From Escherichia phage phiEco32: 64,000 nucleotides of DNA. The stretch lies in the sequence record NC_010324.1. One strand, 5' to 3'. Under the pieces are notes generated by a model. The model was given only the letters and a program-made list of their open reading frames with translations, ran no database searches and had not been told where the DNA came from. Positions 19,475 to 30,482 of this stretch are shown here, in pieces (position 1 is the stretch's first letter; every line of letters starts with the position of its first letter). Made by a program: the position numbers and the translations under genes.

Positions 19475-20443
19475 ATGGGTGCAGGTGGTTTTCGTAAGAA
19501 CACTGGTCGCAACAACACCACACTCCCGTACAACGTTGGGTTTCTCAATAATGTACAGGACACAGAAACATATAACGTAGCCGTGTATGATGAATTACAA
19601 AAAGTTAGCACAGCTACTAACCAAATGTTCCAAGCTATAGATGAAATTCACGAAGAGATTGATGTTCGTATTAAAGCTCTTAATGCAATGAATCTACAAT
19701 TTGATGAGCTTGAGAATAGAATTACTACAGAGATAGAAACAGCTATTGCAGATATCCAAACCCAGATGGGGAACCTGTCCACTGAGGACATTTGGGATAA
19801 CTCTGTTCAACCTCCTGTGAAGCTGGAAAGCACTGTATCTGGTTTTAAGACTAGCATCGAAGGTAACACAACTAAGATTCAGACAGTAGAAGGTATTGTT
19901 AACGATCAAGGTCAAGAGATTGCTCTTGTTCAGACAGAACTGCAAAATATCAACGGAAGCCTTTCTCAGTATATGAAACTCTCTGAGTATGAAGCTACGT
20001 GGGGTGTTAACTCTACAGTCAACGGAAGATATGCTGGGGTCAAGTTAACTAACAACGGAACAAACAGTCAATTTCAAGTAACAGCTAACAAATTTATTGT
20101 TGGTGATGGCAGCTCTGGGAATACTCCATTCGTATTTGAGGGTGGGCGAGCTAGGATGGAATTCGCTGATATAAAGAACGTCAATATCACAACAGCTCAG
20201 ATTGCTAACGCTAGAATCCAATGGGCACAGATTGATAACGTATCTATCTCCAATGCTCAGATTCAGAACTTATCAGCGGATAAGATTACTGCTGGTTCTA
20301 TGTGGGGTTCTAACTGGAGACTTACTGTTGGTGGTGATTTTGTTATGGGAGGCACAGGTGGGGCACAATTGTGGATGAATGGTAACAGAATAGACTTCTA
20401 CGATGGAAGTGGTGCTCTAAGAATCAGGATAGGGAGTTGGTAA
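19475..20443 (+). CDS. tail fiber / structural protein (coiled-coil N-terminus)
   Basis: Track ORF starts at 19409 but that start lies inside the terminator; ATG at 19475 has SD GGAGGAA. Confidence 0.5.
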   Translation: MGAGGFRKNTGRNNTTLPYNVGFLNNVQDTETYNVAVYDELQKVSTATNQMFQAIDEIHEEIDVRIKALNAMNLQFDELENRITTEIETAIADIQTQMGNLSTEDIWDNSVQPPVKLESTVSGFKTSIEGNTTKIQTVEGIVNDQGQEIALVQTELQNINGSLSQYMKLSEYEATWGVNSTVNGRYAGVKLTNNGTNSQFQVTANKFIVGDGSSGNTPFVFEGGRARMEFADIKNVNITTAQIANARIQWAQIDNVSISNAQIQNLSADKITAGSMWGSNWRLTVGGDFVMGGTGGAQLWMNGNRIDFYDGSGALRIRIGSW

Positions 20444-20444
20444 T

Positions 20445-21476
20445 ATGGCATATGGAATATGGACACAACCAGTAGGGCCGGGGCCAGCAACCCCCGCTCC
20501 TTTATTTATTGATAGTGGGAGTACTTTCCCTCAGTTCAAGAATAGTATAAGAGGGAGTTTTAACTTTAATGGAGCTGGGAGATCTTTCCCTATCAGTGGA
20601 TGGGATGGCAGTGGTCAGATAGTTATTGTTCCTACTGGTTCTTTATGCTGGCAATGGGAAGTCCCTCCTAACTTAGTTCCTGATGTTTATTGTGTGAATA
20701 ATATCTACGTAGAAAACAACTCCTCTTTTAGGGTTACTTTGAATCAGAACCCCGGTAGTAATCCACTATTCGACTGTGGGTTCAACGTATACCAAATATG
20801 GCCTAGAGCAGATAGGAATTATGGAATTACCTTTTCCAATACAGCAGACTACTTCTCAATATCTGATAGTGGGGTCGTCGGTCAGTGTATTTGGGCTTGG
20901 CAGGGAACTATAGGTAATTCTCTTCAAATACCAAATATTGGTGGTTTTAATATGGCTAATGCTGTTGTGTTTGCTAACTGGTCTGACGGAGGGATTGGCT
21001 TATCTTACACATCTGATGACAGAATTATTCGCGTCTATCAGAACAGGCCTTATGTCAACGGAAATACTAATGAAGGAGGGTCTGTCTTTGCTAGGGTTGC
21101 CGTATTCTGTAACGGAGCCGGTGTTCCTGAGCATAATGGAGGTTTGAACATTTACTCTCCGGGTACCACACAATGTGTCTTCTCTACTAACAGAACACCT
21201 TTCACTGTGGATACTTTTATAGGCTCAGGAGGTGGTAACACGGGAATGTCATACCCTATGATACCTCTTACCTCTGGAATAGGTGCAATAAAAGGCCAAG
21301 GTAGTGGATGGAGATATCAGCAAATGAGATCTCACACCATGAGTGGTTCTACTATAGGAACTGGCTATGGGAGGTATTTGTTTCAGTGGGATCAAAATTA
21401 TGACCTAGGAGCTGATACTGTAGTTAATTTATCAGTTCCTGTAATAAATGCAGCTAAGGTTTTTGCTGGACTATAA
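20445..21476 (+). CDS. virion structural protein
   Basis: ORF track; SD GGGAG; Gly/Asn/Ser-rich. Confidence 0.5.
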   Translation: MAYGIWTQPVGPGPATPAPLFIDSGSTFPQFKNSIRGSFNFNGAGRSFPISGWDGSGQIVIVPTGSLCWQWEVPPNLVPDVYCVNNIYVENNSSFRVTLNQNPGSNPLFDCGFNVYQIWPRADRNYGITFSNTADYFSISDSGVVGQCIWAWQGTIGNSLQIPNIGGFNMANAVVFANWSDGGIGLSYTSDDRIIRVYQNRPYVNGNTNEGGSVFARVAVFCNGAGVPEHNGGLNIYSPGTTQCVFSTNRTPFTVDTFIGSGGGNTGMSYPMIPLTSGIGAIKGQGSGWRYQQMRSHTMSGSTIGTGYGRYLFQWDQNYDLGADTVVNLSVPVINAAKVFAGL

Positions 21477-21488
21477 CAAGGAGATATT

Positions 21489-22271
21489 ATGGCAATTAAG
21501 ATGGGTATTGAAGAATTAGACCCAATGGTTCAACAGGCTTCAAAGAAGTACGGGATTCCTGCTGCTTTGATTCATGCTGTAATCCAAAGAGAGTCTAGTG
21601 GTCGTCCTACAGTGGCCTCTGGGACTGGTCCTGTAGGTTTAATGCAGATCAGTAAAGGGTTGGCTAAAGACTATGGTTACAAACTAGAAGACAGGCTTGA
21701 CCCAGCAAAGAATATCGATATGGGTGCTCGTTATATTCGAGATAACTTAAAAGCTTTTAATGGTGATGTTAAGAAAGCAATGGTTGGTTACTCGGAAGGT
21801 ATAGGCGGTGCTAAGCAGATGTTCGCTGGTAAAAGAGGGTTTACTCCTCAAGCCCTTGACTCAATGAATAACAAACACTTTCTCCCTTTCTATGGTGATG
21901 CAGCTTCTCAGATTGCTAATCCAATTGGGGCTTTACAAGCTGTTCAACCAGTCAACCAGTTTAATCCAGACAATTTAGACAGAGAGAAGGCTGCACAAGC
22001 TCCAACTCAGGCAGAGATTGCTGCTTCTAAGACTGGTGCTTTAGGTGGCAATCCAGTAGAGTTTTACTCTGATGAAGCGCAAGAAGGTGAAGACCAGAAG
22101 CCTCAACAGAACTTCGGTAATGCAGTATTAGGGGTAGCTGCTATGCTTGCTGGTAAACCTCCTACTTCTCAAACAGTTCAGAGGGCAAGTGCACCACATG
22201 CAGCAGGTTCTCAGTACAGTCCACAAACACAAGCAGTGCTCAGACGTTTAGCTAGCATTGGTGTAAAGTAA
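21489..22271 (+). CDS. internal virion protein with lytic transglycosylase (SLT) domain
   Basis: Motif QRESSGRPTVASGTGPVGLMQI (catalytic Glu plus GLMQ); SD AAGGAGA. Confidence 0.75.
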   Translation: MAIKMGIEELDPMVQQASKKYGIPAALIHAVIQRESSGRPTVASGTGPVGLMQISKGLAKDYGYKLEDRLDPAKNIDMGARYIRDNLKAFNGDVKKAMVGYSEGIGGAKQMFAGKRGFTPQALDSMNNKHFLPFYGDAASQIANPIGALQAVQPVNQFNPDNLDREKAAQAPTQAEIAASKTGALGGNPVEFYSDEAQEGEDQKPQQNFGNAVLGVAAMLAGKPPTSQTVQRASAPHAAGSQYSPQTQAVLRRLASIGVK

Positions 22272-22290
22272 TAATCTTTAAGGAGGACTT

Positions 22291-23343
22291 ATGTCTTTAT
22301 TTGGAAAATCAGCTTCTAGCAAAACCACAGTGGCTCCTTCCTCTCAGGTTGATGCCCTGCTGAAGCAGATTGTTGCTAATGCTCAGAATATGCAGAACAA
22401 CGATCCGGGATTCATCTCCCAACAGCTGGCTGGGTTTAATGGCAACCAACAGGGTGCTCTGAATAACTTAGCAGCTTCTACGACTCAGAAGAAGTTAGCT
22501 GATATGTACACACCTCGTACACAGCAAGGGTTGGACCAACTAAACTCTCTTGCCCAGCAGTATCAGAATATTGTCAATGGTGGCGGTCTAACTGCTGATG
22601 GTGTTAATAACTTCAGTAAAGGATTGAATAACTCAGCTCTTGCTCAAGCGACTAGTAAGGCAGCTTCCAATGTATCTCTCGGAAATGGTTCTGATTCAGG
22701 TTCTCTCCGTAGAGCTGCTGCTCAAGGTGCTGCTCTGAACAGTGCTAATACAAACTTAGCTCGTACTATCAGTGGCAAGAATATGGGAATCAGTGCTCTT
22801 CAACAAGACCAAAACTTCCAGAGGGGCTTACTTGGTGCTCAGTCAGGATTGGCTGGACAGAATCTCAATCTTGGTGCTCAAGGTGTTCAGGCAACTCAAC
22901 AAGCTATCCAGAATCAACTCATGGCTGGTAACCTACAACAGCAACAAGCCCAAGCTCAAGCTGATATTAATTGGCAGAACGCTATTGGCTCTCAACAGTA
23001 TGGGTGGAATCAGCTTAACAACCAACTTAATGTATTAAATAGTGTAAGCCCAATGGCTGGGTACACGATTAAGAATGCTGCTCCGGGGGTTAATACTGGA
23101 CAACAGCTCCTAGGTGCTGGTATCACTGGATTAGGTATTGCAGGTCGTATGGGTGCTTTCTCTCCTAATCAACAGACTCAGAATGCTTGGAGTTCCTATA
23201 ACAACTCAGGTGGGCAATCTGGAATGGCTGGTCCTATGATTGGTGGTTCTAATCTTTCTCAACAGAAAGGTCAGTCTAACTGGTTATCCACAGCAGGTAG
23301 TAATATCTTAGGTGGTGTCTTAGGGGCATTTGGAGCAAACTAA
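22291..23343 (+). CDS. Q/N/G-rich low-complexity virion protein
   Basis: ORF track; SD AAGGAGG; Gly-rich hydrophobic C-terminus. Confidence 0.5.
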   Translation: MSLFGKSASSKTTVAPSSQVDALLKQIVANAQNMQNNDPGFISQQLAGFNGNQQGALNNLAASTTQKKLADMYTPRTQQGLDQLNSLAQQYQNIVNGGGLTADGVNNFSKGLNNSALAQATSKAASNVSLGNGSDSGSLRRAAAQGAALNSANTNLARTISGKNMGISALQQDQNFQRGLLGAQSGLAGQNLNLGAQGVQATQQAIQNQLMAGNLQQQQAQAQADINWQNAIGSQQYGWNQLNNQLNVLNSVSPMAGYTIKNAAPGVNTGQQLLGAGITGLGIAGRMGAFSPNQQTQNAWSSYNNSGGQSGMAGPMIGGSNLSQQKGQSNWLSTAGSNILGGVLGAFGAN

Positions 23344-23355
23344 AGGAGATTTGAT

Positions 23356-24324
23356 ATGGGACTTTTCGGAGGCGGGGGTAGTAAAACTACTTCCCAAATG
23401 ATTCGCCCTGAATACATTCAACAGTATATTGACCAGCTTAACCAGCAGATCGGTAATACTAGTTCAGGGGATTATGTTTATCGAGATAATGTAGGGTTTA
23501 ATAATAATCAGACAGAGGCACTTAACAACCTAGCACAATCTGGCGCTTTGGGCACTCTCTCACAGCAATACATGGATGCAGCAGGTCAAGGCTTGGGTTA
23601 TCTAGATAATGCCTATAAAGGCTATCAGAGCCTCTCTGGACAAGGTGGGATTACTGGAGAACAGATTGGTGCTCTCGCTGGTCAACTGTATGATGATGAC
23701 GCTGTGCAAGCAGCCATTACAGCTAATAATGAACAGGTTCAACAGAACTTGGCACGTAACGCTCTTCCTCAGTTAGCTCAACAGTTTGCTGGTCAACAAG
23801 GTTCAGGTGCTCGTATGGCTAAATCTTTTGCCCAAGGTGATGCTCTGAATCAGATGCAAGGCCAAGCAACAGATATTACCAATAGTGCCTATAACTCGGC
23901 TATTAGCCAAGCTGAAAGCATCCTCTCTGGTAATCGACAGAATCAGGCAGCTGCTCTCTCTGGTCTTTCTAATATTGGTTCTAACCTTTCTAACCTAGGT
24001 CAGCAGGGTGCTAATTTGTCTCAACAGCAAATAATGAATCAATGGAATGCAGGGTTGCAGCAACAACAGCAACAACAGAATGAATATGATAATGCCTACC
24101 AGAATGCTCAGAACGCAGCTAATTGGGGATGGCAAGATATCAACAACCAACTCGGTGCAGCAGGTGTACTTAACGGTGCTCTCGGACAAACTACAACTAC
24201 AAAACAATCTGGTGGTAGTGGTGGCTTCTTAGGTGGAGCTATGAGTGGTGCAGCAGCAGGCTCTGCATTTGGGCCTTGGGGTGCATTAGCTGGGGGTGTA
24301 ATCGGTGGGTTGGCTAGTACTTAA
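23356..24324 (+). CDS. Q/N/G-rich low-complexity virion protein (paralog-like of the preceding gene)
   Basis: ORF track; SD AAGGAGA; similar composition and Gly-rich C-terminus. Confidence 0.5.
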   Translation: MGLFGGGGSKTTSQMIRPEYIQQYIDQLNQQIGNTSSGDYVYRDNVGFNNNQTEALNNLAQSGALGTLSQQYMDAAGQGLGYLDNAYKGYQSLSGQGGITGEQIGALAGQLYDDDAVQAAITANNEQVQQNLARNALPQLAQQFAGQQGSGARMAKSFAQGDALNQMQGQATDITNSAYNSAISQAESILSGNRQNQAAALSGLSNIGSNLSNLGQQGANLSQQQIMNQWNAGLQQQQQQQNEYDNAYQNAQNAANWGWQDINNQLGAAGVLNGALGQTTTTKQSGGSGGFLGGAMSGAAAGSAFGPWGALAGGVIGGLAST

Positions 24325-24337
24325 TTAGGAGATAAAT

Positions 24338-25993
24338 ATGCAACAGACAACTTACGCTCAGGTCAGAAGTCGTGACCCGAGAAATACTTTCTATGGTGTT
24401 AATCCGGGAGCGGCTTCGGCCTCTCCTTATATGGCTAGACCAACTCAGACAGCAGATATTTCTATGTACCAACGTCCTGCCGTACCTTCATCTCTTGCGG
24501 GTCTTGTCTCTCAGGCAGAAGAAGATCAGAATGCTATGGTTAATCCGGGATTTCAGCAGCGTCTTATGGAACAACAGAATCAAGGAACTCCTACCAGTCT
24601 TCAGGGTATTGATATTGGAGCACCGGCTCCTGTAGCGGCTAACCCCAATCTCTCCACTGATCAGGGTTTACAGGATGCTGGGCTTATGCCTAGTGACCCT
24701 CTTCCGGTAACACCTCCTCCTAAACCACTAGAAGCTGGTCCTATGGAGTTTACTCCTTCTCAGGTGGAACAGGCACAAGGTGTGATTAACACTCTTGCTC
24801 AAGGACAAGACACCGGTGATGGGATGACTGCTGCTACTCGTGCTAAAGATCAGGAACGTGTTAACAATGATATCTTGCAAGTTGCGAAAGCTAAAGATCC
24901 TTCAGAAGCTTGGAACAAACTACAGAAAGAACCATTCTATCAGAACTCTAGTTTCTACACAGGGTTGATGGGTGTAGGTCTTTCCATTATGTCAGGTAAG
25001 TCTCCTATCGAAGCTTTCCAGATTGGTCAGGGAATGGCTAATCAAGATGAGACTAAGAAGCAACTGGAAGCTAACCGTGATGCTCTGATTGAACAAGGTT
25101 TCTCTCAAGACTCAATCGCAGCTGCTATTGCTAACGGAGACCCATCTCTTCTGAAGATGAAAGCTGTAGACCCTGCTCAGAAAGAAGCTCTGTATGCTGC
25201 TCGTGAAGAACGTCAGAATGCTGAATGGGATAGACGTCAACAGATTCAAGAGCAGGCTATGCGTGAACGTGCCGAGGAAACTCGTCGTGCTGCTGAAAAA
25301 AGAACTGATATGAACTTTGAACGTCAGAAAGAGTTGATTGGCTATCGTGATAAAGTTAAGGCTGAACGTGCTGAACAGGTTGCTCAAAGTTTCAACTTCC
25401 CCACGAAAGAAATTCGTAACGCTCAGAATACAGCTGAAGGTACTATCGCTAAGCAGTGGGCAGAGAAAGGTGGCCTGTTTAATCAGTCTAATAAAGACTT
25501 GGACTTGGCTGATAAAGCTGTTAAGGACAAAGACTATCAGACGGCCCGTTCTGCTTACATGCAGGCTATCATGAACTCCGCAAGGGCTGAAATTGGTTCT
25601 ACTCGTTCTCTCACTGAAGAAGATTTGGGGCATTTTGCAGAAGACCCATCAATCTTTATCCGTGTAGGTAACAAGTTTGCTCTGAAGTCTGGATGGCGTC
25701 CTACTGATGCTGCTCTTGCTTATGCTCGTAAACAGGCTAACGTCGGTCACACCTCTGCTATGAAAGGTGTTGCTGATGCTAAGAGAGATACTATCAACGC
25801 TTATATTGGTTCTGGTATGGATAAGAAGAGAGCTACTGCATTGGTTAACCGTGCAATCCCTTCTGGTGGTTTCTATGACCCTCTTGGTGCTTTCTCTGAA
25901 GAAGCAGAGGAGGCAGTTGGTGGTGCAGCAACTAATCCTAAACTGAACGGTGCTTTATCGGCTGTCGAAGACACTAGCTGGTTCACGCAATAA
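24338..25993 (+). CDS. internal virion protein, hypothetical
   Basis: ORF track; SD AGGAGA. Confidence 0.5.
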   Translation: MQQTTYAQVRSRDPRNTFYGVNPGAASASPYMARPTQTADISMYQRPAVPSSLAGLVSQAEEDQNAMVNPGFQQRLMEQQNQGTPTSLQGIDIGAPAPVAANPNLSTDQGLQDAGLMPSDPLPVTPPPKPLEAGPMEFTPSQVEQAQGVINTLAQGQDTGDGMTAATRAKDQERVNNDILQVAKAKDPSEAWNKLQKEPFYQNSSFYTGLMGVGLSIMSGKSPIEAFQIGQGMANQDETKKQLEANRDALIEQGFSQDSIAAAIANGDPSLLKMKAVDPAQKEALYAAREERQNAEWDRRQQIQEQAMRERAEETRRAAEKRTDMNFERQKELIGYRDKVKAERAEQVAQSFNFPTKEIRNAQNTAEGTIAKQWAEKGGLFNQSNKDLDLADKAVKDKDYQTARSAYMQAIMNSARAEIGSTRSLTEEDLGHFAEDPSIFIRVGNKFALKSGWRPTDAALAYARKQANVGHTSAMKGVADAKRDTINAYIGSGMDKKRATALVNRAIPSGGFYDPLGAFSEEAEEAVGGAATNPKLNGALSAVEDTSWFTQ

Positions 25994-26013
25994 GACCTAA
26001 GTCCTGCCTTCTA

Positions 26014-26022
26014 TAATGTATA
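26014..26022 (+). promoter_or_regulatory. TAATGTATA motif (candidate phage-sigma-dependent promoter element)
   Basis: Exact 9-mer 38 nt upstream of the ATG at 26061. Confidence 0.45.
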
Positions 26023-26060
26023 TAGGGGGTAGGACATTTTTATTTATAAAAGGAGACGTT

Positions 26061-29000
26061 ATGGCTAACATTAAACCGTGGGAAGAAGCTTCCAAAGCTC
26101 CTGCGTATCTGAATGCCTCTCCGGAGCAACAAGCTCAAATGAGAGAACAATATAAGGCAGCAGGTGGCTCTATTCCTGAGGAACAACCAGTAGCACAACC
26201 ACAACAAGAAGAACGTGGTGCTATAGGCGAGTTTGCTCAAGGTGTGTCAAATGCTCTTCAATCTGGTGGTGCAAATATTGCAGCTAGTGCTGCTAAAGGT
26301 ATTGGTGGTTTAGTTGAGATCGGTGAGAATCTAGCTGGAGCACAGACTAGTTATGGTAAGCGTATCCAAGAGAACTCTCAGAACCTTCTGAAAGAACGTA
26401 TGGATAAGATTGAGGATGGGATTGGCAAAACTGTTGGTCAGTATGCTGGCGTTGCTGGTGATATTGGTATGACTGTTGCTAACCCATTGGCTGCTGCTGC
26501 TATCATCGCAGGTCGTGAGACAGGTCGTGCATATGCAGACCAAACCCCTGAAGAGGGAGAAGATAAGTCTATTCTAGATGCAGCCTTAGTTGGTGGTGCT
26601 AACTATGCGGCCCAGAGAATCCTTCCGGGTGCTGTCGGTACAGCTGAGTCCACACTTGGACGTATTGGTCAGAACGTTGCCAGTAACGCAGTGGCTGGTG
26701 CTAAAGGTGGTGCTCTTGTTGGTGCTGCTGAAGTTCAGAACAAGTATGGGGATGACAATGATCTAGCTAAGACATTGGAAGGTGTTATCGAAGAGGGGGC
26801 TATGGGTGCTGCATTTGGTGGCGCAGTTGGTGGGGTTCATGGTTTGATTAGCCGTCCGGATTCTGTTGTTTTCAAGAATACTCCAGAGTATGCGAAGACT
26901 GATATTGCTGCTGATGACGAACTGATTCGTAGTGCTAAGAATGTTGATGAACTGAAAGAGGCTTACTCTAAAGCTGAAACTGCTAACGCTGCTTCTGCTC
27001 TGAACCTTCTCGATGAGAATGGGTTCCGTATTACAGATGCTGTTGCTGTAGATTCTCCTGCTGCTCAGCGTATTCTTAACACTGACCAAGCTCGTGCTGA
27101 GAAAGCTGCTTCTGTTCAGAAAGAACACTCCAACATTCCGGGCCTTAATCCTTTAGCTTCTCCTGCTAAGACTCGTGGTAAAGCTTTCGCTGATAATGAG
27201 CACAACCAGAAACAGGCTGTTGCTATGAAGGATGCGATGGCTGACTATACCAAGGATAACACTAAAGCTCTTACAGATGTTTTAGATAACCTAGATCGTG
27301 AATTAACCTCTCTCCGAGCTTCTGGTGATTTTACTGGTAGTCCGATTGATATTAAGAATCGCACACAAGCTGACCGTGACTTCATTGATGCTTACAAGAC
27401 TTTCTACAATGAAGCAAATCGATTCAAAGCTCGTGAAGGTGAAGACTTCAATAACTTTGTAGAGAAAGCTGCTGAACTACAGAAGATGGCTGATAATGTT
27501 TCTCCAGAGATGAAGAAAGCTATTGGTGGTCTGAAGAAACTGAAGGGTATGCCTGAAGGTTTTAATCCTATTCAAGATGCTTACACTCTGAACAATACAG
27601 CTAAGTTCATGAGCAACCAAGATCGTGGTTGGACTTCCCTGACTGATGATGGGTTCCGTGAGGCCTCTTCTCCTAGTCTGGTAATGAACACTCTCGGTGC
27701 TGCTAAATATGCTCTGAATCGCTTCTCTTCTCAGCGTGCCCGTTCTCAACGTGTTAAGCAACAAGAGTCTAATAGTGAAGCTATCCGCTCTCTGGCTCGT
27801 GGTGATTTGGAAGTTGCTCGTGCTAAATCTACTGCTGATGAAGCTCGTGCTAAAATGGAAGAAGAACCAGTTGTTGATGACATTAAATTTAAGACGCAAA
27901 ATGACGTGGAAACCGAACCGGTTCGGGAGCCTTCTTCTAGTACTGTGACGGAAGAAAATCTTCCTTCTTCTGCTCCTCAAGAATCTCCTCTTACAGCTCG
28001 TGATTTAGTTGCGCAAAGACGTGCTATCCGTCAGGCTGAACAGCGTCGCGCTGAAGAAGAGGCAGCTGCTGCTCAAGAAGCTCCGGTTGAACAGGCTCCT
28101 CAGGCTGAACCTCTCCCTGCTCGTAATCCTCTAGAGGAACGTCGTGCAATGGAACAGCAACGTGCTCAAGAAGAGGCTACACAGGCTCCAGAACCAACCG
28201 TAGAGGAACCAACAGTCAAAGCTGAGCCATTACCTGCTCGTGCTCCTAAAGCTCCTAAGGAAGCTGTACAGGACGTTAAACCGGCAAGTGGTGTAGAACG
28301 TTTAGCTGCTATGTCTAGTGCTGCTCGTCAGGCTACCAAAGATCGTGCAGAACGTTTTGCTCGTTCTCTGTACTCTAAGGCTGCTAAAGCTAAAGCCACT
28401 GCTGAAAACTTCTTGGCTTATAAAGGTGATCCTAAGGAATTGATGCGTCGTATTCGTCAGGAAGATAATGCTATCAACACTGAACGTCATGAAGAAATGG
28501 CTCGTAACCAGCTGGCTTCTCAGCAAGGTATTGCTACTGCTAAGAACAACACTGTACGAACTAATTTTGCTGAATGGGTTAAGGAACGTGGTCTGCCAGA
28601 AGACATTGCTACTAAGGCATTACGTGCTGAAGAGAAAGGTTTAGGTGGGAACGTAACTAACTTGGATAGTCTGAAACGTCGTGCTGAAAGGTTGTATCAG
28701 AAGCAGCGTGAGGATGAGTTTGATAGATTATATCAACAAGCTCTAGAAGAGAACAAAGCTTTCGATAAGAAAGATGCTCCTAAACTGGTTGACCAGAAGA
28801 AAGAGCTTCAGTCTGAGATTGATGCTTTGATTGATTCAGAACCTTTACGTCCTGCTCAGAAAGATGCTATGCGTAAGCTGATGAATGACTTTGTAGATGG
28901 GAAGTTTAAATCTTCAGAGAAGGCTGGTAGGGAAGAGGCTTTGGAAGTTGGTCAGATGAAGGATATTTGGGATGGGTTTATTAACACCTACAACAGAGAA

Positions 29001-30482
29001 GTGAATGCCTTCAACAAAGCTAACAAGAACTCTCAGTACGAAGCTGCTGCTAAGCACTTACAGGCTCGTGAAGAACGTCTTGCTACCCTCAGGAAAAAGG
29101 CTCAGGCTCGTTCAGATGCTAAGGCTGCTGTTGAGAATGAACGTAAAACTCTAGAGGCTATTGCAGCTCAGAAGAGTGAGATTGAGAAGATGATGGAAGG
29201 TTTACCTAAACCTGTCCGTGAGGCTCAGGAATCTCGTACATTGAAACAGTTAGCTGCTCACCATGACAAGAACTCTCCAGTTCCTCCAGAGAAGTTCCGT
29301 AGTTATATCGAACGTATCCATAACGCCGAGTCAGATTACCTTGATCGTCAGCGTCGTTTAACTGATGCAGAGGAAGATGCTCGTCAGGCCAAGTGGAACA
29401 AGATGTATGAGCAAGCGGAAGAGATGAACCGTAAGTTTGATGTGGACAAGAGAGTTAAGCGCAGTGAAGAGCTTAAAGCGGCCCAAGAGCGTGAGAATGA
29501 CCTTATGGCAGTACAACGTCAACGTGATGACATTCATCGCCGCCTGATGCGTACTATGGAAGATAAGGGCATATCTAGAGAGGATGCTGAAGCATTTGCT
29601 GGTTCCTATATGGATAACCGTTATGCACTTCTTGAGAAGCCTATGACTCCTACTGAACATCAGAATGCTCGTTCTCGTATCGAAGCTGATGTTGAGAAGT
29701 TTGCTAAGAAATACGAATCAATGACTCCTATCGAGAAAGAGATTGTTAAGGTTACTGGAGATACTGAAGGTAAGCTTGATAACTTGGATGCGGATACTAG
29801 GAAGGCTATTGAGGAGGCTCAGAAGGTTGACTCTGATATCAAGAAACTGCAAGAGGAAGAGTTGGAGATGGAGAAGATTCGTTCTGCTCTGCCTGATGAT
29901 GAAAAATCTCAAGCAAATTCTGATATCTTGGAAAGCATTAAACAACAGGAAGAAGTCTTTGCTGATAAAGTAGAGAAAGCTTTCTTGAGTGGGAAAAGCT
30001 TGGATGAGTTGGCTAGTGTGGCTGAAGTTTTAGACAGGGTTCATGGTGCAGATAAGGCTGGTAACAACCGTCGCTTTGTACGTGCATTGCAGACTGCTGC
30101 TGAAAACAAGAAGAAGTATGGTGATAATCCAGTAGCTTGGTTTAGTGCTGATGATTACTCTGCCATTGCTAAACTTGGTGCTTCTTCCGCAGGTGGTAAC
30201 AAATCCAGAGCACTGGAGAAGATCTTTGGTTCTACAGCTGAACAGGCTAAGAGTAAGTTGCTTGGTAGGGATGATGTAGCGAAGATGAGACGTGTGATTG
30301 AAGAGAACCCTGATATCAAGATTCCTTCTTACAAGACAACAAATCGTACTGAGTACTTGCAGTTCTTGGAGAAGTTTAATGACGAAGGGAAGCCTAAGAT
30401 TAAACGTGGCTCATTGTCAGAGAAGCTTGAACGCAGTAAGCGTCAATCGAGACTCCGTGTAAGAGTTCGACCTAAGGAGTGA
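26061..30482 (+). CDS. large internal virion / ejection protein (1474 aa), coiled-coil rich
   Basis: Track ORF starts at 26016 inside the promoter motif; ATG at 26061 has SD AAGGAGA; Ala/Glu/Arg/Lys-rich with long helical segments. Confidence 0.6.
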   Translation: MANIKPWEEASKAPAYLNASPEQQAQMREQYKAAGGSIPEEQPVAQPQQEERGAIGEFAQGVSNALQSGGANIAASAAKGIGGLVEIGENLAGAQTSYGKRIQENSQNLLKERMDKIEDGIGKTVGQYAGVAGDIGMTVANPLAAAAIIAGRETGRAYADQTPEEGEDKSILDAALVGGANYAAQRILPGAVGTAESTLGRIGQNVASNAVAGAKGGALVGAAEVQNKYGDDNDLAKTLEGVIEEGAMGAAFGGAVGGVHGLISRPDSVVFKNTPEYAKTDIAADDELIRSAKNVDELKEAYSKAETANAASALNLLDENGFRITDAVAVDSPAAQRILNTDQARAEKAASVQKEHSNIPGLNPLASPAKTRGKAFADNEHNQKQAVAMKDAMADYTKDNTKALTDVLDNLDRELTSLRASGDFTGSPIDIKNRTQADRDFIDAYKTFYNEANRFKAREGEDFNNFVEKAAELQKMADNVSPEMKKAIGGLKKLKGMPEGFNPIQDAYTLNNTAKFMSNQDRGWTSLTDDGFREASSPSLVMNTLGAAKYALNRFSSQRARSQRVKQQESNSEAIRSLARGDLEVARAKSTADEARAKMEEEPVVDDIKFKTQNDVETEPVREPSSSTVTEENLPSSAPQESPLTARDLVAQRRAIRQAEQRRAEEEAAAAQEAPVEQAPQAEPLPARNPLEERRAMEQQRAQEEATQAPEPTVEEPTVKAEPLPARAPKAPKEAVQDVKPASGVERLAAMSSAARQATKDRAERFARSLYSKAAKAKATAENFLAYKGDPKELMRRIRQEDNAINTERHEEMARNQLASQQGIATAKNNTVRTNFAEWVKERGLPEDIATKALRAEEKGLGGNVTNLDSLKRRAERLYQKQREDEFDRLYQQALEENKAFDKKDAPKLVDQKKELQSEIDALIDSEPLRPAQKDAMRKLMNDFVDGKFKSSEKAGREEALEVGQMKDIWDGFINTYNREVNAFNKANKNSQYEAAAKHLQAREERLATLRKKAQARSDAKAAVENERKTLEAIAAQKSEIEKMMEGLPKPVREAQESRTLKQLAAHHDKNSPVPPEKFRSYIERIHNAESDYLDRQRRLTDAEEDARQAKWNKMYEQAEEMNRKFDVDKRVKRSEELKAAQERENDLMAVQRQRDDIHRRLMRTMEDKGISREDAEAFAGSYMDNRYALLEKPMTPTEHQNARSRIEADVEKFAKKYESMTPIEKEIVKVTGDTEGKLDNLDADTRKAIEEAQKVDSDIKKLQEEELEMEKIRSALPDDEKSQANSDILESIKQQEEVFADKVEKAFLSGKSLDELASVAEVLDRVHGADKAGNNRRFVRALQTAAENKKKYGDNPVAWFSADDYSAIAKLGASSAGGNKSRALEKIFGSTAEQAKSKLLGRDDVAKMRRVIEENPDIKIPSYKTTNRTEYLQFLEKFNDEGKPKIKRGSLSEKLERSKRQSRLRVRVRPKE

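Noticed and set aside
25112-25633. 173-aa minus-strand ORF antisense to an internal virion protein gene.
   Set aside because: Inside a plus-strand gene; low-complexity Ser/Phe/Leu-rich product; no start context.
26016-26060. Upstream extension of the large virion protein (track start MYIGGRTFLFIKGDV).
   Set aside because: The first codons lie inside the TAATGTATA promoter motif and have no SD; the ATG at 26061 has a strong SD.
27477-27980. 167-aa minus-strand ORF inside the 1474-aa protein gene.
   Set aside because: Antisense to a supported gene; no SD.
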